Part shown: positions 52,909 through 64,000 of the stretch, one piece after another
How positions within the stretch are numbered: the first letter of the stretch is position 1
How the letters are laid out: every line of letters begins with the position of its first letter
Source: Laetmonice hystrix
Taxonomy: Eukaryota
NCBI GenBank assembly: GCA_965235115.1
Contig: OZ249436.1
Location: 21,206,001-21,270,000, forward strand
DNA: 64,000 bases
Direction of reading: 5' to 3'
Made by a program: the position numbers and the translations under genes
The notes under the pieces: generated by a model
What the model saw: only the letters and a program-made list of their open reading frames with translations
Databases searched by the model: none
What the model was told of the DNA's origin: nothing

Positions 52909-55900
52909 CGCTATCATTACCCACAATAATACTTTTTTTACGAATGACATGGAGTGGGAGTGAAATAAGATTCTATAGCACTTCCGGAATTGTGGGATTT
53001 CAAGAGGTGATAATCTATGTATAGCACTGCATGTTGTGCGGTGTTTTGAGAACGGCGATCTTTGAGTTGAGAAACAGATCATGATTGGGGGTGTCAACTC
53101 CCAAATCGGCTTCAGCCGGATTCCCGTCCAATTTCCCTCATTATAGTCATCTAAGAGGTGTAGTAGGCCTATGGCACGGGTGTTGGTAATCATATTCAGA
53201 ATACAATCTTGGCAAGTTTGTTTTCAGCGGCGACCGCATAGGGCCTAGACTTCAGCGATCCTGTCCGCAGGACCGCGGGGCTTGTGTTGCGGCGGACGGG
53301 GGAAGCGCAAGGGTCGATGGGACATGTTTTTGACATGAGGGCGGCAACACCTCATTAGCTATGCGTTGTGACCGATAGCTCAAATGATCGCTGCATACGC
53401 AGTGGATACGAATCGGATGGCTATAATTCTTGGTATGTAGACTTATTGACATCCCTAAAATACATATAACTTTGAAAGTTGTACGAATTCCGCAAAAACG
53501 GCCCTTACGAATTGCCCCAAAGGATACTGTATGGGACTAGGCTTACTATTGTATTTAAACATAATTTTGCACTGTGGAGGCTTTGGAATATTTGGTATTC
53601 CACTCTTGCTGCTGTACTCTTCAAACTAATTGAAGTTCAATTAGAGTTGATCCTTCCAAAGACTGTGGCTTACTGTGGCACCAACCAGTAGCTCCGTGAG
53701 CCCATTTTCAGATATTGATCTCAATGGTCCGGCCCTGTCCGCCCAAACCTGTGGGCCACTGTGAATCCCAGTGGGCACAAACCCCATCATCACCAGCATC
53801 CGCTCATTCGACCTCCGCCACTCTTGGGATAACTCGTTCTGCCACAGCCCCGACCACAGCGCCCTCTGTGAGCGGGAATCACACGCCGCCGCGGTCAAAA
53901 CGAGGCTGCAATAGGCGCCGTGCGCCGTTCTAGCCACACCCGAGGTGACCAGCGTGATTCGGCAGCCGAAACAATGTACTCGTAATTAATAGTCATTTAA
54001 TTTGTAGTCCATAATAGAAGTTGGGCCGTCTGATGAGCAGCCTGTCGGGACAGATAACAGGCCGCGTTGGCAGTGTCGCCAGGGACTGTGGGCGGTCGCT
54101 GGGGCCGCCATATTTCACCTACCGGCCGGCCCGGTGTCTCACACACAAAGTGGTCAGAACCGTGTCAAAATGATGCGCAACTCACGCCATCTGGTGGTGA
54201 GAAGACTGCCCTTCACTTGGTGGCCACATTCGGACGTTAAATCATATCTAACTAGTCCTGAGTCGACCCAGAATAGCCCTTACTGACTTTGTAGATGCTC
54301 CTGCTTCTTCACAAGTCATATATCATGCGTTATTGGAAGCTGCTTCATGGATCCCCATTGCACGCAGTATTACAAGAAACCCGAGGCAATAGGTCGAGGT
54401 GTAGGGCCCAACAGTATAACATGCCCCTTCCCCTGAAAACTCTCAACGACCTTATCGTACATCTGCTTTGAGTTTAGCCCTACGGCAGTTTCTCCATTAA
54501 AAATATTAATAATGTACACGACTTAAAAAAATTGTTGGGCAAGTGTTCGGCACTCAAGTATCGCATCTATTTCTGTCACCCCTTGGTCACTAGAGGGCGT
54601 ACGCGTAACCATCGGTGATCCATCTGTCTTAACTTGCACGAGGCAATCATATCTGACCACAGCCATTTTGGCCTTTGCCACGCGGAGGTCACGGTCTAAA
54701 GACACACGGCTGTACTTTTCTCCAAATCCAGAAATCCCATTGGCCATAGTGCCGTAATTGATCGGAGCCAATCAGCAAATGGTCAAAAATGTCTTTGATC
54801 ACTGTCATCACGTGACAATGCGAACAGCGTAAAATGACGCCATCTAGAACCTCGTTCTCTCGCGAGACTTGCAAAGAGTGATGAATTCAGATAGGCCCCA
54901 AAACTTTCAAGGGAAGTTGTCAGACAGCGTTTGATCTACATGGTGGTCGTTTTCTTATGCAGTTAACGGACTGGAAATAGACATTCGGTTTCCTAAAAGA
55001 AAATGCTGAAATACTGACCACACATAAATCTACTTCGGGTGACTACATATGGAGTCCTGCTGGGTTTTATGTAGGTGGGGTCAGTGACATTGTCTTGCAC
55101 TCAGGTACTGGCCACTCAAGTCTGTCATTGTCTGAAACGACGTTCTTATTGAAGAACACTGTCGTCTGCCAAGCACGGGATTGAAACATTGCACACTTGA
55201 CCGGACTTGGGAACTGGACGACGAAGAGAATGGGGGCCGAGTAGAGGATCAGTGCCGGGCAATGAGGAGACATTGACCTCCGCCTACAGAAGGCACTCTC
55301 ACTGATGAAATGGCACAGCGGGAGGCAAAGTAGACGCGCTCCTCCATTACGTACACCTTGGAGATCTGGGCGTTCGCTGACAGGAATGACAATCAGCAAG
55401 TTACATACAACCTCCACCTCGGTGACAGCAAGCCACCTTGCTGGGTGTTCTGTATCGGGACCGGCCCACACACAAACTATAGATTAAAAACACAAAAACA
55501 CGCTGCGACTAGTTTTCACTTGTAAAATATTAGACCTGTTTTATCTGAGGTGCTGATTTACACCGGCTTAAACGTGACAGGGAGACAGAGCACTATCTGG
55601 ATACTTTTGTTATGTCCACGGGCCGCTCGACCGAGATTAACCACCTAGCTGTGCCTTTCTTGTCCCTTTAACATTGGCTGGCGGATAGTTGGTGCCATAA
55701 ATCATGGTGCCATGAGGCCGACCTGTCAGCTAGGATTGTGTTAAGTTCACTCTAGGCGGGCACTAAAGCCGTGGATATGACGCAATCACAGTCGGTAAAT
55801 TGCCTATATATTCCAGCTGCGGCAAATCGTTGGTCTCTCGGGTCAACCGTTGAATGTTGGCTATGTGCGTGTACATATTGAAATATACAGATTTAGATGG

Positions 55901-56801
55901 TGAAACCAGTATTAGTGAACCCTTTCCCTGACTAGATAATTGACTAACCTATCGTGGAATCAATAATTTCACAGAAACCTGAATGTTGGTGCATGTCAGG
56001 GGAATATTTCGTAATTTTGCCCATAGATATGGAATCCACTACAAAACATGTTTACAAAGTTCAGTCACATGTCATCAACTGATGCATAGAAAACAGGTTT
56101 CTACGCAGAAATGTATACGGTTTTTACGATTCTGTCACTTTTCACTCATCCAACTCGATATTTCTAAACCATCGAAAAATCAATGTGATGCCTCAGCAAC
56201 GTATAATCGTGATAAAATTATGGAAGCATAGATATGGTTGAAGTCGAAGGTTTCAAGCTTTTCTCTTCGTTCGCAAAAACAGAAGTATCACTAACAGACA
56301 AAAATATCGCTATCAACCATCGTTACAAAAAGTCGCGCAGGTTTTTATCTTCATCTTTAGGTAGCCAATGTCGTGTTTGAGAGGTGCCTTATAATTATCT
56401 TGGGACAAACAAAACCACAGCATGGCTTGTATATCGTTGATGTGCTCATATATAAAGTTCGATGCTAGCGGGTTTGTTTGAACGTGACAAAGATAACCAT
56501 AATAAACTCCACCCTGATTATAAAGTTAAACAAGAACACTTTTGTCACCTTATTGTACCTGTCCACCCTCGCTGGTATATAGGGAGCCTTGTATCCCTGA
56601 CAATATAAGGTCTGGGGCGGAGTTTGACATAAATCACGCCCCACTATGTCTTACTCCTCTCTCTTAGCCACTCTGCTATGATCTGAGAGATTAGATGATG
56701 ACACGGGAGGGAGTATATACATTCAGTGAACGCGTCGCTTCTTTATCCCACCTATACCGTGTCCACCACTCAGTGAACAGAACCCACCTATAGATAAAGG
56801 T

Positions 56802-57648
56802 GTGTATGTGTATTAACCAGAGACGGATTCCTCGACTCGCGGAGACGGATTCCTCGACTCGCGATCTCTCGACTCGCGGGGTGTATGTGTATTAACTGGA
56901 GACGGATTCCTTGACTCGCTGGGTGTATGTGTATTAACTGGAGACGGATTCCTTGACTCGCTGGGTGTATGTGTATTAACTGGAGACGGATTCCTTGACT
57001 CGCTGGGTGTATGTGTATTAACTGGAGACGGATTCCTTGACTCGCGGGGTGTATGTGTATTAACTGGAGACGGATTCCTTGACTCGCTGGGTGTATGTGT
57101 ATTAACCGGAGACGGATTCCTCGACTCGCGGGGTGTATGTGTATTAACCGGAGACGGATTCCTCGACTCGCGGGGTGTATGTGTATTAACTGGAGACGGA
57201 TCTCTCGACTCGCGGGGTGTATGTGTATTAACCGGAGACGGATCTCTCGACTCGCGGGGTGTATGTGTATTAACTGGAGACGGATTCCTCGACTCGCGAT
57301 CTCTCGACTCGCGGGGTGTATGTGTATTAACCGGAGACGGATCTCTCGACTCGCGGGGTGTATGTGTATTAACTGGAGACGGATCTCTCGACTCGCGGGG
57401 TGTATGTGTATTAACTGGAGACGGATTCCTCGACTCGCGGGGTGTATGTGTATTAACTGGAGACGGATCTCTCGACTCGCGGGGTGTATGTGTATTAACT
57501 TGAGACGGATCTCTCGACTCGCGGCGTGTATGTGTATTAACCGGAGACGGATCTCTCGACTCGCGGGGTGTATGTGTATTAACCGGAGACGGATCTCTCG
57601 ACTCGCGGGGTGTATGTGTATTAACTGGAGACGGATCTCTCGACTCGC
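56802..57648. repeat. 42-bp minisatellite, ~20 copies
   Basis: Unit GGTGTATGTGTATTAAC(T/C)GGAGACGGAT(TC/CT)CT(C/T)GACTCGC(G/T)G, with short partial units. Confidence 0.97.
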
Positions 57649-58277
57649 TCCCTCAGCAGGCTAGAGCCGACTGAGCCGAGAGATACCGAACCCGCGGCCA
57701 ATGAGACGGGATGAAACCAGCACGCCTTCGTGGCAAGGATCAATTTATTACAGCCACCTTAAACATAGTGATCCTTTTAACCACATTACATGCTACTTTC
57801 TTAGAGGGGAGCCTTGTTGTGAACAACCAGGATAGGTTCGATGCGCATGACATGTATGGGCCTGGAATGGATTATTAAACGGTAGTGCCGTAATATAAAG
57901 ATTAGACAGCCTATTGGTGGGCAGTGATGCTCGGTTAGACGTGTCCAACTCTTGCTTGTAAAGCATGGTGAACACAACGTCAGCGAGCATAAAATCGGTC
58001 CATGTTTTAACATAAATTAGAACGACACGTGCGACCCTTGGCTATACGTGTGCTACAGGGCCTATCGCGTACAGTGGGTCTTCTCCGACCTCGCTCTGAG
58101 AACATTAAAGGGAAACTCACAGCAGAACAAATTATATTTCACAATACTACATGTATATAGGTGGAGAAATTAAATTTTCAGTTTGGGGGGACAATGAAGG
58201 TGTGGAGACGAGGCTAGGAACCTTTGACCTTTACTACGGACGCATAGTGTGTAACCTCTGGCTAGCTTTAGACCGTG

Positions 58278-58816
58278 TCGGGGTCACATCGTCATGCTTG
58301 TCGATATAATCTGCAATCATTGTCCTGCATGGTCGTTCTCTAACCATATGGTCGACAATTTTCAATTCACGTGAACGCAAATCATTTTATAACAGAAATT
58401 TGTAATTGGTTTAATTTCCTCAAATAATTTGGCATGTATTATCTGGAAATTGGTTCCATCTGGTGCGTAATGTATTGTGCATAGTTGTATATTCGATTAG
58501 AATGAAATTCTGAGGTTAATGGCTATTCAATAAATGCACGAAAGACATTATTCTCAGACCTCCACCAGACGCGCATTATCCATGCGTACGGGTGGCACAC
58601 GTGACGCCCGGTCCTCTCGTGCACATGTACTGCCAGATTTTGAAGTCGGCCCGACAGAGTCGGCCCAATAAAACTTGACATGTCAAGGAAGAGCCGATCG
58701 CCGGTCGGGTCGGGTCGGCTGTTAAATCGGCCCGACTGCAACATTGACCGATCCGGTCGGGCAGTCGGCCCGATCTAGTAGTCGGCCGACGCAATCGGCT
58801 CAGTGTGACCCCGGAC
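58278..58816. mobile_element. Possible degenerate Harbinger-like MITE
   Basis: CGGGGTCACA / TGTGACCCCG inverted ends; the right end is followed by TAA; dense GTCGGCCCGA/TCGGG subrepeats at 58645-58800. Confidence 0.45.
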
Positions 58817-61800
58817 TAAGACTGCAGTCCTGTAGGTATCAGTCCCTTCAACTCCACAAGCGAGATTTTCACACATGTTGAATTTTGCTGATGCTGTGGC
58901 ACTAATCTACACCTTGTAGTAAGACAGTAACCCATCTCTCGTGAATACCTCAACTCAAGCACGTATTATTGTCTTACTCATGGCCACCAGGTACATAAAT
59001 GGGGTCACTAGCGTTTAACCCGGAGTTCGTCTAGGGCAGACTCTCTCCATATGTTCGTTTTCACGCTGTCGAGTTCCGTATTGTGGCAGCAGTAAAACAA
59101 CCAAAGACCATAAAGGTGGAATCATTGGCGCCGTCGGAATGTTGCCAAAATGTCGGCAGATATTGTGTTAGACTTGCACGGAACTGCCTCATCAGGGCAG
59201 ATGGCGAACTCGCAGCCCAGAATCTGCCCAGGACAGATGGCCTCAAAATACAGCACCCATAATCCGGAACACACGGAACGAAACAGACAATCACATGATA
59301 TGTATAACAGTAAAACAGTGTGCAGTAATTGAACGTCAAAAGAACAATGATGTCGGCGCGCCATTCGGAATCAGACAGTGTAACCCTGGGAATCGTTGCC
59401 ACATTTGTATGTGGCGGCACGAAGATGCACCCACCCTTGACCTGTGTCAAAGAAACGCGATGTTTACTCAACTTATACCGCCATTCAGTGCTCCCTTTGA
59501 TAGAGACCACCACATAAAGCATCTCCTTTTGTTCCATTCAAAGATACCCGCAATCCCCCTGGGAAGCACCCAAATATTGGTTTATTGTTGGCATTGCCAC
59601 TTTCAATGATAGTGCAGATAGTGGCGGGCGGGCGGTGGCCGGGCGGGCGGTGTGCGGGCTGGCGGGGCTGCCTCACCTGTCCTCCCGGCACACCTGGCCT
59701 AAACCGGCCCCGATAACCTCTGTATTATGACGCCCCAGGCAGGAGAAAACAACAATTATCATGGACTGAATGAAATAAAGAAACATATCAGGGCATAAAG
59801 CATGCATGTCCGTCTCTGCTTGTATACTGCCACTGGCCTTTCTGTACCCTAAATATCAAAGTCAAATCTATAGACAACGATAAAAAATATCAAATTATGA
59901 ATGACGTTTTTTTTATATGTACGTCGGCCATTGCTGTTAGCTATAGGTGACATCTTTAGTCATGTGGAAGCCATGTTTAAGCGGTATTATTTCTTATTGT
60001 CTTATTATATAAAGTTCCATGTTCAAAAAGTTGATACTCGTTGGAGTGAGTAAAAAAAAACATGTCCTTTCTTGTGTACAGTTTGAAGCATCAGTGAAGT
60101 ATAAAGGCCTACACGGTTTTTCTTCACGCTTTTTGTTTTTGAACGTTTCACTGCGGTTTCTTTTATTTAAAAAAAGAATTCCTTAAATTCGAAAGTTATC
60201 AAGGTGATAAGAATGGCTTTGAAGTTATAGAAACAGAAATATTTTTTTCAATTAAGAAGTGAGTATAAAAATGACATATCGAGAACGAATCGTAAATCTC
60301 TAGGTCAGGATTTCTCCAACTATAAACAGAACATCTGCAGTGGTTTTGTCACCGCGCTTTCAAAAAGACCTGAGGATTGGAAGCTGCCACAGAAGCTATA
60401 CGAATTGAATTCTATTGATAAGAAATGTTTTTAGGAAAAGTAACCATTTTTGTAAGACCACAAAATTAAAAGGCCCTTCCTTTTGTCAAAAAGAATAGAC
60501 ACGTGACTGTGGAAAGTAAAAGAAGTGGCTCAGCTGCTGAGATAGCAGATAACTCTTCGTTGGTAGCTGCTAGCCGCAGCAGTAGATGTTTGTCCGAGGG
60601 TGTTTAGAAGGGACAAGGCTCCCAGTTTTCCCATTATGCCCTGGTTACGTTCCCACTGAGATGTAAAGAAATGTAAGAACAAGATCTTCGACGACTCGTA
60701 TGTCTTCATCAGAACGGCCAGCTCCACCGACGGCGCGGCTCCGAGCAATGGCGGCACCAACGCGGCCACCTGCCGGAGATCGCAGTAACTTTCAACCGGA
60801 ATTACGGCCGCCATACTTCTTAATGGGACATGGCGGCCAGGGACTCTGTCCTCCCAGCAGGTAACACACCACGGGCGTGCTGGGAGCCATACCTGCTCCA
60901 GAGACTTTAACCTGGCCCCAGTACACACCACTGCCTGGAGGGACGACCCTAATTTATAGTGTATACAGCGTTCATGTCTGTAGGAGTTAGATGGCTCATA
61001 GAGCGCTGCATATCTCTTCTAAATGTAGCATCAAAAAAGGTAACACAGATAATCATTAAGTACTTTTCCCTCATCAATTTCTTTCACATTCACCGCACTG
61101 AGTGCCACCGACACGCACATCCACGGATCAAAGAACGGCTATGATAAGTTTATGTTTTTAAGACATGCGTGTAATATCTGCGGCAGATACAGACTTAAAG
61201 GAGGCTTCCTGTTTCTGACATCTCGCTGACATGGGAGCGTCTGATTTGATCAAGATAAAGACCGAGGTTTTGCACTGCACCGAATGGTCTGATGACCATG
61301 GTCACGTCAATATTTTGCCTCGTTATAACCAGCCCGCCAGGGGCCGCTGTGGCGTCCGGTCACGTGCCACATGCACGTGCAAGGATTTTGGACATAAGCA
61401 ACACTTAATGTTTGTGTGAGGTGACCCCTATAGTCAGGAATGACCGTAGTCCACTTCCTCCTCCCCAATCCTTCCTGCCTGGTGCACAGTCATGTAACAT
61501 ATTTCTTTCAGTGACTTTGAGCCCTGTGACGCCTAGGAAGGTCTACAGGAGCCAAACGCCCTCGAGGAATGCCTTTCCCTGCCGTCGTAAAAGGTTTCCC
61601 TTTGCGTGCACATGTTTCTGTCTCCCTCTCTTTTTCTAATCTCTTTGACCTTTGAATTAGCAATGTCAAAGCTCATCAATCACAGGTAAATTGTGTTGGA
61701 CATAAGCCAAGTAAGTCCCTATAAACGGGATCGATAACGCGAGCGTGAGCATGTAGTGAAAGCTACACTTTAGATGAAGGCTAAGATTCCCTGCACTTCA

Positions 61801-62858
61801 GTAAATTACACACAGATATGCAAATATAATCGTCAAAGGGTGTCACTTGTGAAATAAAGGGAATTTGTCACCAGCAGTATTATAGTGGCGGTTTTTACAG
61901 TTAATGATATGTCTTATGTATCAGTAGGCCTATGCCTGCGATGACATACTTATTAGTAGCTTATTTTTAACAGAAAAAGTTGTCCCCTTGCAGATAATTT
62001 AGGCTATAGCAACAGTCGTAATTTGGCTCGCATGGATTTTCGTGATTTTAATACTTTGTAGATTAGTATTTATTACCTGAATAATCGTAAAAGACACGCT
62101 AATATCAGTATAAAGAATTAAGAAAAAGTAACTGACTGACTGACACCAGGATATAATGTTGATCTTCATTAATTTGCCGCCTGGGAATAAAAAGAACATC
62201 CCGTTCATCTCAGGTCAACGAACCATTAAAGCAGTAAAAGCAATCTATTAGCAAAAACTAGAGCGGTAAATACGCTATACATTTATCGTAGATGCTACAT
62301 TAGGGGCTTTGATTAATTTCACATTTGTGGTAGCAATCCGGGGAACAATTTGTTCCCTCCGATTTAGTCTCTGGGAATGTCAGGACGAAATGACAGGTCA
62401 CCATGCGAGCCGGGAATTAAGACGAAATGATATATGTCTAAGGCTATGTAAAATGTCTGGCGACGTTTTGACGTTGTCACGTCATTGATGACGCTTGCCG
62501 ATAAGGCAGTCTGCACGGCGCCAAATCACGTCACGGAGGCTCTGCGTCCTTTACCCTGGCCCTCTTCGAGCCTCAAAGGTACGTTTCCCTAAAGCAGAGA
62601 TCATATTCGGAAAATAACCCTTTGGAAAGATGTCTTTGCAGCGACAGTGTAGCTTCCACAAGGAGTGTGTGGAGTGAGGAGTTGAGTAAACCAACACACT
62701 GCCACCAAAGGCCACCAATGGTGTCCATGGAGACATCTTTTGGCTGGCAGAGGATAGGATAAGGTGTTCGCATACTCTGCATCTCCATGGATCAGCGCAG
62801 CTCTACAGCATTTATGCATGCAAATATGATGTCTTGGTCTGTAACTGTATACCTGTAA

Positions 62859-63000
62859 CTGGGTGTCTCAAAAAGGTAATCCACGTTCAAAGGGTCATTA
62901 TGACCAAACTATATTTCAATTCAGATTTATCATGGGTTTATTATAAAGTACAGATTGTGAGCTTTCCAATGATAACTCGGTTATCTTCCTCCAGTCACGA
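62859..63000 (+). mobile_element. Possible left end of a Tc1/mariner-type MITE (fragment)
   Basis: CTGGGTGTCTCAAAAA resembles the 45340 terminus; the partner TIR is not in the window. Confidence 0.35.
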
Positions 63001-63137
63001 TTTGTCACTGAGCACCAGTGTCTTGAAAATGACATGTGAAATCCTGGTTGGGACAGTTCGAACGCCTTTAACGCTTAAACAATCTTGCTTGGGACAGTTC
63101 GAACGTCTTTAACGCTTAAACTATGAGGCTTAAACTA

Positions 63138-64000
63138 GGAGGTATTCAGATATCAATTAATGTGACGAGGCCTAAGAATTCTTTCACAACACGCCGGGAG
63201 GTATTCAGATATCAATTAATGTGACGAGGCCTAAGAATTCTTTCACAACACGCCAGGAGGTATTCAGATATCAATTAATGTGACGAGGCCTAAGAATTCT
63301 TTCACAACACGCCAGGAGGTATTCAGATATCAATTAATGTGACGAGGCCTAAGAATTCTTTCACAACATGCCGGGAGGTATTCAGATATCAATTAATGTG
63401 ACGAGGCCTAAGAATTCTTTCACAACACGCCGGGAGGTATTCAGATATCAATTAATGTGACGAGGCCTAAGAATTCTTTCACAACACGCCAGGAGGTATT
63501 CAGATATCAATTAATGTGACGAGGCCTAAGAATTCTTTCACAACATGCCGGGAGGTATTCAGATATCAATTAATGTGACGAGGCCTAAGAATTCTTTCAC
63601 AACATGCCGGGAGGTATTCAGATATCAATTAATGTGACGAGGCCTAAGAATTCTTTCACAACACGCCGGGAGGTATTCAGATATCAATTCATGTGACGAG
63701 GCCTAAGAATTCTTTCAGAACATGCCGGGAGGTATTCAGATATCAATTAATGTGACGAGGCCTAAGAATTCTTTCACAACATGCCGGGAGGTATTCAGAT
63801 ATCAATTAATGTGACGAGGCCTAAGAATTCTTTCACAACACGCCGGGAGGTATTCAGATATCAATTAATGTGACGAGGCCTAAGAATTCTTTCACAACAC
63901 GCCGGGAGGTATTTAGATATCAATTAATGTGACGAGGCCTAAGAATTCTTTCAGAACATGCCGGGAGGTATTCAGATATCAATTAATGTGACGAGGCCTA
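63138..64000. repeat. 59-bp minisatellite, at least 14 copies, runs off the window
   Basis: Unit GGAGGTATTCAGATATCAATTAATGTGACGAGGCCTAAGAATTCTTTCACAACA(C/T)GCC(G/A). Confidence 0.98.

Overview
This is eukaryotic DNA from an invertebrate-like animal: mostly non-coding, AT-leaning, with GA/GACA microsatellites and TAGGCCTA-rich spacers. I cannot name the species. I find no intact protein-coding gene, rRNA, tRNA or CRISPR array, and the long ORFs in the track are read-throughs of tandem repeats or microsatellites. The window reads as a gene desert or very large intron with four components. (1) About a dozen unrelated minisatellite arrays (units 21-113 bp, roughly 11 kb in total). (2) Short non-autonomous DNA transposons: a CAG...CTG MITE group with 5-bp target-site duplications (TSDs), a Tc1/mariner MITE, and a foldback-like element with 21-bp modules and a 6-bp TSD. 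(3) Fossil transposase fragments of the PIF/Harbinger and Tc1/mariner superfamilies. (4) Unique GC-rich patches, scattered CTCF-like motifs and Pbx-Hox-like motifs that may be cis-regulatory. I cannot support a new multi-gene system here; the best leads are the unusual transposon architectures and the way the minisatellites arose.
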